Positions 45,961-58,040 of a DNA stretch of 64,000 nt are shown in pieces. Each line of letters begins with the position of its first letter. Position 1 is the stretch's first letter. Made by a program: the position numbers and the translations under genes. The DNA comes from Haliotis cracherodii (Eukaryota), in assembly GCF_022045235.1 (NCBI RefSeq), contig NW_027266277.1, positions 5,456,001-5,520,000 of the forward strand, given 5' to 3'. A model generated the notes under the pieces. The model searched no databases, was not told the DNA's origin, and was given only the letters and a program-made list of their open reading frames with translations.

Positions 45961-48760
45961 GGGGCAGTGTGTGGGTAATGACAGTGTAGGGATAGTGGGT
46001 GTGTGGGTAATGACAGTGTAGGGATAGTGGGTGTGTGGGTGATGAGTGTGTAGGGGTAGTGGGTGGGTGGGTGATGAGTGTGTAGGGGTAGCGGGTGTGG
46101 GGGTAATGACAGTGTAGGGGTAGTGGGTGTGTGGGTAATGACAGTGTAGGGGTAGTGGGTGTGTGGGTGATGAGTGTGTAGGGGTAGTGGGTGTGTGGGT
46201 GATGACAGTGTAGGGGTAGTGGGTGTGTGGGTAATGACAGTGTAGGGGTAGTGGGTGTGTGGGTGATTAGTGTGTAGGGGTAGCGGGTGTGTGGGTAATG
46301 GCAGTGTAGTGGTAGTGTGTGTGTGGGTAATGAGAGTGTAGGGGTAGTGTGTGCGTGGGTAATGACAGTGTAAGGGTAGTGGGTGTGTGGGTAATGACAG
46401 TGTAGGGGTAGTGGGTGTGTGGGTGATGGCAGTGTAGGGGTAGTGGGTGTGTGGGTGATGAGTGTGTAGGGGTAGCGGGTGTGTGGGTGATGGCAGTGTG
46501 GGGAAGTGGCTGTGTGGGTAATGACAGTGTAGGGAAGTGGCTGTGTGGGTAATGACAGTGTAGGGAAGTGGCTGTGTGGGTAATGACAGTGTAGGGAAGT
46601 GGCTGTGTGGGTAATGACAGTGTAGGGGTAGCGGGTGTGTGAATGATGAGAGTGTAGGGTAGTGGGTGTGTGGGTAATGAAGGTGTAGGGGTAGTGGGTG
46701 TGTGGGTAATGACAGTGTAGGGAAGTAGCTGTGTGGGTGATGAGGGTGTAGGGAAGTGGGTGTGTGGGTGATGGCAGTGTAGGGGTAGTTGGTGTGTGGG
46801 TAATGAGGGTGTAGGGGTAGCGGGTGTGTAGGTGATGGCAGTGTGGGGAAGTGGCTGTGTGGGTAATGACAGTGTAGGGAAGTGGCTGTGTGGGTAATGA
46901 CAGTGTAGGGGTAGCGGGTGTGTGAATGATGAGAGTGTAGGGTAGTGGGTGTGTGGGTAATGAAGGTGTAGGGGTAGTGGGTGTGTGGGTAATGACAGTG
47001 TAGGGAAGTGGCTGTGTGGGTAATGACAGTGTAGGGGTAGCGGGTGTGTGAATGATGAGAGTGTAGGGTAGTGGGTGTGTGGGTAATGAAGGTGTAGGGG
47101 TAGTGGGTGTGTGGGTAATGACAGTGTAGGGAAGTAGCTGTGTGGGTAATGACAGTGTAGGGAAGTGGCTGTGTGGGTGATGACAGTGTAGGGAAGTAGC
47201 TGTGTGGGTAATGACAGTGTAGGGAAGTGGGTGTGTGGGTGATGAGTGTGTAGGGGTAGCGGGTGTGTGAATGATGAGAGTGTAGGGAAGTGGGTGTGTG
47301 GGTAATGACAGTGTAGGGGTAGTGGGTGTGTGGGTAATGACAGTGTAGGGAAGTAGCTGTGTGGGTAATGAGAGTGTAGGGAAGTGGCTGTGTGGGTGAT
47401 GAGGGTGTAGGGGTAGCGGGTGTGTGGGTAATGAGGGTGTAGGGGTAGCGGGTGTGTCGGTAATGAGTGTGTATGGGTAGCGGGTGTGTGGGTGATTAGT
47501 GTGTAGGGAAGTGGATGTGTGGGTGATGAGGGTGTAGGGAAGTGGGTGTGTGGGTGATGGCAGTGTAGGGGTAGTTGGTGTGTGGGTAATGAGGGTGTAG
47601 GGGTAGCGGGTGTGTGGGTAATGACAGTGTAGGGAAGTGGCTGTGTGGGTAACGAAAGTGTAGGGGTAGTGGGTGTGTGGGTGATGAGTGTGTAGGGGTA
47701 GCGGGTGTGTGGGTGATGGCAGTGTGGGGAAGTGGCTGTGTGGGTAATGACAGTGTAGGGAAGTGGCTGTGTGGGTAATGACAGTGTAGGGAAGTGGCTG
47801 TGTGGGTAATGACAGTGTAGGGAAGTGGCTGTGTGGGTAATGACAGTGTAGGGGTAGCGGGTGTGTGAATGATGAGAGTGTAGGGTAGTGGGTGTGTGGG
47901 TAATGAAGGTGTAGGGGTAGTGGGTGTGTGGGTAATGACAGTGTAGGGAAGTAGCTGTGTGGGTAATGACAGTGTAGGGAAGTGGCTGTGTGGGTGATGA
48001 CAGTGTAGGGAAGTAGCTGTGTGGGTAATGACAGTGTAGGGAAGTGGGTGTGTGGGTGATGAGTGTGTAGGGGTAGTGGGTGTGTAGGTGATGGCAGTGT
48101 GGGGAAGTGGCTGTGTGGGTAATGAGAGTGTAGGGAAGTGGCTGTGTGGGTAATGACAGTGTAGGGGTAGTGGGTGTGTGGGTAATGACAGTGTAGGGAA
48201 GTAGCTGTGTGGGTAATGAGAGTGTAGGGAAGTGGCTGTGTGGGTGATGAGGGTGTAGGGGTAGCGGGTGTGTGGGTAATGAGGGTGTAGGGGTAGCGGG
48301 TGTGTCGGTAATGAGTGTGTATGGGTAGCGGGTGTGTGGGTGATTAGTGTGTAGGGAAGTGGATGTGTGGGTGATGAGGGTGTAGGGAAGTGGGTGTGTG
48401 GGTGATGGCAGTGTAGGGGTAGTTGGTGTGTGGGTAATGAGGGTGTAGGGGTAGCGGGTGTGTGGGTAATGACAGTGTAGGGAAGTGGCTGTGTGGGTAA
48501 CGAAAGTGTAGGGAAGTGGGTGTGTGGGTGATGAGGGTGTAGGGGTAGTGGGTGTGGGTGTGGGTGTAATGAGAGTGTAAAGGTAGTGGATATGTGGGTA
48601 ATGAGAGTGTAGAGTTGTGGGCGTGTGGGTAATGAGAGTGTAGGGGTGATGGGTGTGGGGGTAATGAGGGTGTAGGGGTAGTGGGTGTGGGGAGGGTGGG
48701 TATTGAGAGTGTAGAGTTGTCGGGGTGTGAGTAATGAGAGTGTAGGCGTAATGGGTGTAC
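45961..48760. repeat. G/T-rich 31-32-bp minisatellite (about 88 units), upstream of CES-E
   Basis: Units GTGTGTGGGTAATGACAGTGTAGGGGTAGTGG (32) and GGGAAGTGGCTGTGTGGGTAATGACAGTGTA (31). Explains the Pro/His/Thr-rich ORFs. Confidence 0.96.
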
Positions 48761-50004
48761 CTGCCAATGCTTACATGCTTTTAAGCAAGGCTCCTTTGTC
48801 TTTGAACATGCATTAACTGACCGAATCGTTCGTTTCACACCAATTGGCAATGTCAGAACTATATTTACCCATTATCATTTACGTTGATGATAGAACAATT
48901 TTACGAAACAAGTGGGATTCGAACTGACACTGCAACATAGAATATATAATGTGGAATAAACAATTACATATTTACTGTCAAGATTATTAGTAAATCCGCT
49001 TGTGAACGGGGCTATGTGTGATTTTTTCTGAATGTTTTTACAATGAACGTACGGGAGATTTGGTAGTTCTCCGATATAATTACTGTGTTCTGGGTCATGT
49101 ACTTGATCTTCTTCATGTTTATTCAGAACTGGGCAATTAATAATTAAGTGATTGATAAAGTGGTTGTGTTGATGCTCTGTGAATTGTATACGTTCCCCGG
49201 CACGTGCATTTCATAACCAGAGTCGCCAAAAAGCGAGGTGCACGCGCAGAGAGTTCAGGGAACATATTTCACGTGCATCACGCAGGACTGACTCACGCAG
49301 TGTCCTGGGAAGCACAAATGTCCTGAATATCTATTTAAATGCAGTTAGGCTCGGACACATTCTATCCAAGGGGAGGAGACAGGTAGGGCTTTTTGTTGAA
49401 AACGTTATGGGGGAGGATCAATAATTTGTTTCTCACCAAGAAAACAAACAAAATGTTGTTTTAGAAGTTACGGCTCTTTGAAAGTTGATAACACGCATGT
49501 AATGTGTTTTTACTGGCAATGTTCAGTGTACATGTAGATGTCATTGATTTTACAGTCGCTTCGACTAATAAATCAGGCGACAGCTTTGTCCAATACATAC
49601 GAATTGTACTGGTTTCTTTGAGACTTGACGCGCTATCCGTTCAGCATTATGATGCATGGAGGCGGTCATGTAGTTTGTGTTGTATTTATACTTTACAATC
49701 TACAATGTGATGTAATTTCCATTTGTATATAAATGTGAAACTGACAAACGTAAAGCGAGCACCACTGCACACATCTATCCAATGGCTGTAGGTATACTTC
49801 GTGTACATTACGGCTGATTTCACCAGGGATCATCTACAGGTAAAGCAAACGACAAAGAAAGCCTTCCAGAAATCTATATAACTGGCAACTCGTAAATCTA
49901 TGTATGTGTTGGATAGGTAGTATTACCTGTAGGTATTGAAACCGTTTGAAAATTTAAGAACATGTATCGATTATCAAAGTATTATTCTACTCATTTGTTT
50001 AACT

Positions 50005-50941
50005 TGTGTAGTAGCGGGTATAGGGAAGATGTTGGTTGGGCACACACAACACGAAGCTACTTGTAGGTTCAGATGACAACCATGTTTATTCAAAGTGCAT
50101 GATATTAATTAATAAGCCCAGAAAATGTGATAATAACGTAAATCTTTTGTCAAAAAAGCATAATGTAGCTTTCGTATAGATTACACACAATTACATGACT
50201 TCGTATTATTAGCTAGCACATTAGCACTAGCATGAATAAATATTTCAATATAAATAGCAGGTTGTAAACTATTTCTGAATACTATGTGAATTCACAACAT
50301 TAGTTTAGAAGGATAACTATATACTAGTTATTAGTTTGACCAAAAGGTATATATATATATATATATAAGCATGAAGATACATATAAATCAATTCCATGAT
50401 TACACATAAGTATCTCAATACCAAGTAGATACAAATAGTAGCCATGATGTATGAATAGTTATAATTTATGGTTCACGTCAACAAGTCTTTCCATAAAGAA
50501 ATATTAATGAATATAAATAATAAAATATGTAACGATACATATAAACAAATATATTCCCCACTTTCCACCGTGTGGCAATGAGCTCACTAGGTGCGCATGC
50601 GCAGTCAAGTTCAGGGGTAAAGGTCACATGACGTCATTCTACAAAGGTTGAAATAAGACCTTGACAATACTAATAATGGTCATATAGAATAAGTAATAAT
50701 AAAAACAACAGATGTCCCATACATACGTTCTTATTCCATACCGCATTCATACAGTTATAGGTTTAGGAAATGTTTAAATATTAATTCAGTTTAGTTAATT
50801 ATACTGGTATTACTGTATTTAACTAGATACAATACTGTATTGATGCAAAACGATACAGTTTAGATTTAAATGGATCAAATAATTCCGCAAACAAACAACT
50901 GTACTGGTGTTTGAAATACGTACTTTACTTTAACCACCAGT
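50005..50941 (-). mobile_element. Interspersed repeat, LTR-like; 50435-50941 has a second copy at 53175-53607 + 55078-55102
   Basis: Direct homology (CCCCACTTTCCACCGTGTGGCAATGAGCTCAC..CCTTGACAATACTAATAATG..TACTTTACTTTAACCACCAGTTA). Minus-strand AATAAA near 50085 and a CA end at 50005. Boundaries and class are uncertain. Confidence 0.45.
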
Positions 50942-51335
50942 TAAAGGGGCACTGATCTAAAGCAATTCCCCTGGACTGGTTGTTGCCTTTGTTATTGTTT
51001 TTTCCCGTGAGTACCCGGATGATATAGCAGAAACCTAGACTAGTTCGCAACCTGTGCTGCGCAATTCGTAAGCGCATTTGTCACTTTTAGTGATAGTATA
51101 AGGGCGTATGGTCACATGGCAACAAAATGAAATACAGTTTTCGAAATGATAAGGAAATGTAGGTATCTTTGTGGTGACGAAGTTTTGATAAGTCACTTGC
51201 TTGGTAATTGTGCGATTTTCGTTTACACTATTTTGACTTACAACACAAAGTAAATAGTTCTCCTGAGCATTGCTTATTTTATCGTTTTTATATTTTTACA
51301 ATCAAAATGTGCAAAATTTTCACTTATGTAATTTA

Positions 51336-51615
51336 TTACACCCCTGAATATTCAGCTATTTTACTAATTGACTGAAAAATATGTCCATCTGTATTATTAT
51401 GACAACGAATTCAAAACATTTTTATGTTTAATATCATCACCAAGAGACTGAAAATGTTACGATGAAAAGTACATTTCTATATTGTTTGGCTTCTAATCCT
51501 ACATAATAATCTATTGTGATGTTTTTAGGCCCTATTGATCGTCTTAATCAATTTTGGTCAATCTGTTAAAGAAATGGACAGATTTTTCAGTCAAAATGAC
51601 TAAAATATTTACACG
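51336..51615. mobile_element. Possible MITE with imperfect inverted repeats
   Basis: TTGACTGAAAAATATGTCC (51368) and GGACAGATTTTTCAGTCAA (51576-51594) are an 18/19 reverse-complement match. Confidence 0.4.
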
Positions 51616-52321
51616 TTTTATAACTGAGAGAACACATTTTACGAATTGACTGTAATATACAAAGGAAAACACTTGTGAAAACAACGTCTATCGCGCATCG
51701 AAGAATTTACAAGACGTAGAGGAACAAGAATGAATCTGTCCAATGCTACTGCAAATGAAGGAAAACAAAATGCGAATATCATAATTACAACCTACCAAAT
51801 GTATGTGTATAATTTTAGGCAGCTTCCTTGTTCGAGTAATGTATCCGTGAATATCCACACAAAGGAACAATATCCCAAACGTCTGCAGCTGTACAAAGAA
51901 ACGTATTCTATGTCACGTGTCTCTGTAACAATCAAATATTTTAAAATGTATATATCGTTTCGGGATATTATAACCCGTGTTCGTTTCTCAACTGATCACT
52001 TAGATTGTTTCAGGTGTTTCACATAGGTGACAAGTCTCAAAGGTTGGCTGAGAAAGCCCACGTGACAACTATTTTCATAACGTCCACGGTTCCTAAAAAA
52101 ATCCATTGAGTTAGATAGCAATGAGCAATTAATCAACGTATTATCGGTTAACCCCTATGAACAAAGTATGTTGTTTTTACATCGGCACTTCACGCAAGGA
52201 TGTGAGTGTCTTCCCTTTGTTTTAGTAAACCTAGACATGTAATTAACATCTGATTAATCTATCTCTACATCTTACCGATATTGTATATATTTTCATGTTC
52301 ATGTATGGAACAGTTCTACTA

Positions 52322-53165
52322 TACTCACACGCAAAAGAAACGCAAGTCGAATATGCAGTATACATGTTATTTATTTTCAACAGTAAAGACAAGAAATACT
52401 AATAGGGCAAGATTGACAAATTTGACTGAAGACAGTTTAATGACTTAAAAGGCAGATGACATAATTGGGTTTTTTCGAATGTTAAGGGTTTACACAGTTT
52501 CGGGTCAATACCCAAAATGTCAGTCAATACCTGGTGTGACCACCATTAGCATTGATCACTGCCACACATCTCCTGTACATTGAGTGGATCAGACGATTTG
52601 TGAAGGCCCTAGGGATCCTCATGCACACATCCAGAGCAGTTGTGCGTAGTTCATCGGCAGTTGTAGAACACGGATGTTGTGTTGTTGCAGAAAGGCCATG
52701 GTAGCTCTGGCAACTTGGGGACGAGCGTTGTCCTGCTGGAAAATGTGTTGTTGATGTTGTGCAAAAAATGGAACAACGTGGGGTCTGATCACTTGGTCGA
52801 TATACCGCTGAGCAGTGTCCCCGACCGTGACCAACATTCAGAAAGCACATGGGTCCAAGTCTCGCATTAAATCCATGCCCATATCATGACGCTAGGTCCA
52901 CCCAATGGATACCTTTCCACAACGTACGTTTCTGTCAGCGAAACGATCACCTCGACGCCGCCAAATTCTGACTCTTCCGTCTGCATGGGAGACACAAAAG
53001 CGACTTTCATCAGAGAAGATGACACGCCTCCACTCACAATGACGCCGATTGCGATGACCCTGTGCCCACTGAAGTCGTGCTTGTCGATGCTGTGGTTGGA
53101 GAATAGGACGACGTGCTGGTCGGCGACATCTGAGGTTGTTGGAACGGAACTAATGTGTCGATTAT
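52322..53165 (-). mobile_element. Tc1-like transposon, 5'-truncated and internally deleted
   Basis: Minus strand FSDESRFC..RYIDQVIRPHV..FQQDNARP..RRCVAVINANGGHTRY; the SPDLNPIE segment is deleted. TIR TACTCACACGCAAAAGAAACG at 52322. Confidence 0.85.
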
Positions 53166-53607
53166 GTGTTCCTAGATGGTAGTCATAATATGTGAATACA
53201 TTTGATTCATGTCAACATTTCTTTCCGTAAAGAAATATAACCAATATAAATGATAAAATATGTAGCGATCGATATATACAAATATATTCCCCACTTTCCA
53301 CCGTGTGGCAATGAGCTCACAAGGTGCACATGCGCAGTCAAGTTCAAGGGTAAAGGTCACGTCATTCTTTCAAAGTTGAAATAATACCTTGACAATACTA
53401 ATAATGACCATGCAAAATAAGTTATAATAAAAACAGATGTCCCCTGCATAGGTCCCTATTCCATACAGTTAGGAAATGTTTAAATATTGATTTAATTTAG
53501 TTAAGTTTATACTGGTATTATTTAACTAGAAAACATACTATATGATAGATTATAGATTTAAATTACTTAAAATTCACAAACAACCAACTGCACTGATGGT
53601 TGAAATA

Positions 53608-55077
53608 TACTGAGAGGCACAAATAACGCATACTCAAATTTAAGTGTCAATTTTTTACTGAAATGAAATATACAAATGACAATCAATACAAATGACTAAT
53701 TAAAGATTACACTGATGAATTTCATGAACAGTTACTGTGTGACAATGAATTAACGTCTATGAAATTGACGTCAAAGGCGAGTGGTGTTAATAACGAGTGT
53801 GTCCTTGTGCAGCAATGCACGCTTGAAGCCTGAGAGACAGTCGATGAATTGCAGCCTGAGGAATACGTCTCCAATGGTGCAGGAGAGCTTGAGTCAGTTC
53901 TGGAACCATCTGTGGAGGATTTTGTTGACGTCTGGCACGGCGGCCAAGTTCATCCCACAAATGTTCTATAGGGTTCAAATCTGGGGACCTTGAAGGCCAC
54001 TTCAACACATTAACGTTGTTCTGTTGCAAGAAGGCATTTGTTATCCTGGCAGTGTGAGGCCTTGCATTGTCATGTTGAAAGACATGGCGACGTAAACCAC
54101 GTTGAGTCAGTAATGGCAGCAGAACAGGCTGTAGAACGTTGTCGATGTAACGTCTGGCATTAAGGTTCCCCTGAATAACAAGATCCGAGCGGAAATTTGC
54201 ATTGATTGTTCCCCAAACCATAATACCTCCACCTTCAAACCGATCACGTTCAATAACACATGGTTGTGTAAATCGTTCATGTTGGCGTCGGTATACACGT
54301 AAACGTCCATCAGGGTAGCTGACTGTGAAACGTGATTCATCAGAAAAAAAACAACTTTTCTCCAATCTCTACTACCGAGATTACCTCCACCAGCTGCCCA
54401 TCGCTGCCGTGCTAGGCTGTGTGCCTGAGTCAAGATTTGTCCACACCTCAAATTCCTGGCAGCAAGACGACGACGCACTGTACGGTCACTGATGTGTCTT
54501 CCACGGAGACCAATGGTTGCATTTGCCATTGACCTGGCAGACGTGAAGCGATTTCTGAGGTGGCTGTTAACGATTTGACGATCTTGTCTATGTGACGTCA
54601 CAGGCGGTGCACCTGGTCGAGGACGGTCCCTTACGCTGCCTGTGGTTCCCAACCTCTCATGTAATCTCGATATTGTCGTTTGATGGCAATGGAAATGAGC
54701 AGCAACTTGTTCTTAGGTACGACCAGCATTTAACATCCCCATTGCTTCATTACGCTGATCTTGCGTTAACCGTGGCATTGTGTAGGCAAATGATGGCAAA
54801 ATGCCATGGTGTGCATTTATAGGGCCTATCTTTTGAGGTTTGCACGTGCATCATGCCTTTCACAAAATGTGCATCGATAGCAGCATTCCTAGGGGTGTGT
54901 TGCGTTTTGGTGATTGGCTTCGTTTCCAGAAACAGTTTTTGTTTGCAACCCATATGACATGTTTACAGTTATAACCAACAATGGACAGTGTCAACAAGGT
55001 AAAATGTAAACGGACCTCATATGTTCTTAAAAAATTATATCTTAAAATTGAGTATGCGTTTCTAATGCCTCTCTGTA
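53608..55077 (-). mobile_element. Full-length Tc1-like DD34E transposon (inactivated transposase)
   Basis: TIRs TACTGAGAGGCACAAATAACGCATACTCAAATTTAAG / CTTAAAATTGAGTATGCGTTTCTAATGCCTCTCTGTA. Transposase runs 54778-53787 (MPRLTQDQRNEA.., FSDES, QHDNA-x34-E SPDLNPIE) with a stop and a frameshift. Confidence 0.93.
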
Positions 55078-55616
55078 TACATACTTTACTTTAACCACCA
55101 GTTATAAGTTTAATTATACACCGATGCATTAATCTAACACATCTTAAGAAATATAATACATATACAATATATGAAATACACAAATCAAATAAACTAAACT
55201 GGATAATGAAATCCTCAAAACACAATCACTGACTTCCAAGAATACATACAATATTCCAAATCCAAAATCAGCAAGGGGCCGATTTAAAAAAGAAAATGAT
55301 CAATTAATGTGACCTCCTGAAACACATGTGTAAGACTGCCAACGAGATATGCCAGACAGAAGTTCTCTTACACTAAATACACAATAGATAGTAAGCTGAC
55401 CGGGGAAACTAAAGCAGAAAGACAGAAGACAGTTGTGCAGAGTGCAAGCGCGTGGGTCAGAACCTGGCGTGACCCAGTCAGGTGGCTAGTGTTAAGTGCA
55501 GGGTGCAGGGCTATAGGCTTATTGTTTTGGGGGGTTGTATAACTCAAAGGGTTTGTAGTGTACTGTATGTAAAGTTAAAAGCTGAAATGAAACATCTAAA
55601 ATATCTAACTAATATA

Positions 55617-57119
55617 TACTCTTCAAAAGAAGACACTTGACACTGACTTTCAAAATGTAATATAATGCGAGTGTTTCAAAATAGGACACAGAAACCATAA
55701 TTGAAACACTGTTTGAAGATCAATGTACACAATGTTCAAAACATTAATCGTGTCACCTAGACGGACACACGTACACGATGCAGTTAATGTCACAGGGGTA
55801 CAGAAAATGTCAGTATCGGTTGTGCCCACCACGTGCAACAATCACCGCTTGACACCGACGACCCATAGATGCAATCAAGTTGTCAATAACACGCTGTTGG
55901 ATGTGCTGCCATTCATGCTGAAGTGCATCAAGAAGCGCCGGAAGTGTTTGGGGCGGTGGATTCCTTCTGCGAACGCGTCAATCCAACTCGTCCCACAGAT
56001 GCTCAATCGGGGACAAATCTGGTGACCGGGCTGGCCAAGGTAATGTCTGGATGTTGTTGTGCTGTAAGAAGTCCTGACAAACACGTGCAATATGCGGTCG
56101 AGCGTTGTCCTGCTGGAACTGTCCGCAATGAACGTTGACGTGAGGAAGAACGTAAGGCTGTAGGATCAAGTCTCTAACGCACACCTGTCAATGCACCTGC
56201 CACATGCACGAGAGGCGTCCTACCACCGTGATGAATTCCAGCCCATACCATGACACTCCCGCCGACAAATGGGACAACCTGCTGCACACAGTTGGGGGCG
56301 TAACGTTCACCCCGACGTCTGTAGACACGTGCGCGCCCATCAGCACGTGTGAGTAGGAAACGGGACTCGTCAGTAAACAGTACATTTCTCCACCTTGCAC
56401 GTGCCCATCTAACCCTCTGTTGGCACCAAAGCAGACGGTCCGCCAAATGACGTGTTGTCAATACATGACGTCGAACAGGTCCTCGTGCAAAAAGTCCAGC
56501 CTCCCTCAGTCTGTTGCGTACCGTTTGATCTGATATTCTGCGTACCCCAGGGATCTGTGCGGTTGTAGACGTGGCTGTGGTAGTGCGGTCTCGGAGGTGT
56601 CGCAGCCGGATGTATCGATCTTGTGCTTGGGTTGTCACCCTTGGTCTGTCGTCAACTCTGTTGGTGTTGTTGTATCGGGTCCACAGTGCGGAGATTGTCT
56701 GTCTGGATACGCCAAAGTGCCTGGCCACTTCTTGCTGAGTTGCTCCAGCTTGTAATCTCCCAATGGCGTTGTTCCGTTGAGCTGCATTCAGTCTTGGCAT
56801 TCTGTCCCCGCCTCTACTGCCGTTATAAGGACTGTATGAACAGCCGTTGATGTGGATTTTTATACCCACTCAGCAGGGGGGCCTGCATGCCTAAATGTAG
56901 GATCCTGTGCTGCACGTTTTTTTACAGGCGGTTGCGTTTGGATGAAGCTGTAAAATTGATCCCCAAACGCCACGTTTATGTGCTTTGCATGTGTTTTCGC
57001 GAATTATAGACACATCATCTTTCTGTTTGACTTATTTAGTTCTCATTTAATGTAATTATTTTAGATATTTGGCAAAAAGTGGTTTTACATCTATGTCAAG
57101 TTTCTTTTTTTCAAGAGTA
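55617..57119 (-). mobile_element. Full-length Tc1-like DD34E transposon, second family (frameshifted)
   Basis: TIRs CTCTTCAAAAGAAGACACTTGACA / TGTCAAGTTTCTTTTTTTCAAGAG in a TATA context. Transposase from 56800: MPRLNAAQRNNAIG..FTDES..QQDNARPH..SPDLSPIEHLWDE, with frameshifts near 56180 and 55980. Confidence 0.93.
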
Positions 57120-57352
57120 TATATGAATACGTAAAACTTGACTTGGCCACACTTGAATAAAGAGAATGTGTGATGTGTAAGTGTAATATGATAATTACAT
57201 ATCCGGAAATTCGTTTATCCGGGCGATTCTTTGAAAAGTGCAAGTGTCCGGATAAGTGGGGTTCGACTGTACAAATGAATCTCGTTCCTCTGGAGTTTGT
57301 TTTGAGGTTTCACAGTTTTACATCACAACGTCACGAAGGATGTTCACCTGAG

Positions 57353-57600
57353 TGGCGTCGATAGCCTCCGGTGTCTGGTAGTCGAGCGTCTGCCCGGGAA
57401 GCGGAGGGTCGGGGACTCGATCACCGGCCGCGTCATACTAATGGACGTTTAACGATGGTACGTTTTGTTTCCCTGGCGCTCGACTATTAGGGGATAAAAC
57501 AATGACTAGTCGGCTCGGAGGTGGTATGCTGTGTCTGAGTGGGGTATTCATGTTAAACTGCGTATTTTCAGTGGGCTTATAGCATTGTAAACTCGGCATT
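57353..57600 (+). mobile_element. tRNA-derived SINE with a Meta/MESC-like core
   Basis: tRNA-like head (TAGCCTCCGGTG..GGTAGTCGAGCG..GACTCGATCACC) followed by GTCATACT..GACTAGTCGGCTCGG..TGTGTCTGAGTGGGG..TTTCAGTGGGC; recognised from memory. Confidence 0.55.
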
Positions 57601-57894
57601 AGTTGTTCAGTCGCATTTCATTCACAGCCACCTTGCTAACATAACGAGTTACTGCCCTGTATAACACGATATGCATGTAGTAATGCTAACAGTCCAGTTT
57701 GGAACGACAGCAGAATTTGGCATAAAATTGGAAATTTTCATCCATGTGAAGATAAATTTGTACTGAGAAACAGATGAGGTTACGTTGAACCCTTAACACG
57801 GAACACAGTGGGCATGAAAAAACGACACAATTCTATTTTCTTTTCAAATAAAAAATATAAATCTGGACATTATTTAGGGATTGCTAATTTACTA

Positions 57895-58040
57895 TAGGGA
57901 GCGGAATCATTAAAAAATATTTTATGTAATTGGGAGGCCGTGAATTTTTTTTATATAAAATAGGGGGGTGCAAAATAATGATACAGTCCTAAAACCAATC
58001 TCAACACGCCCCACCTTCCATAATTAATGACCAGTCGCTA
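57895..58040. mobile_element. Small MITE-like element
   Basis: Imperfect TIRs TAGGGAGCGGAATCATTA / TAATGACCAGTCGCTA. Confidence 0.35.

Noticed and set aside
47496-48850. Pro/His/Thr-rich extensin-like ORFs
   Set aside because: They are reverse-strand translations of the 31/32-bp minisatellite, with constant frame switching.
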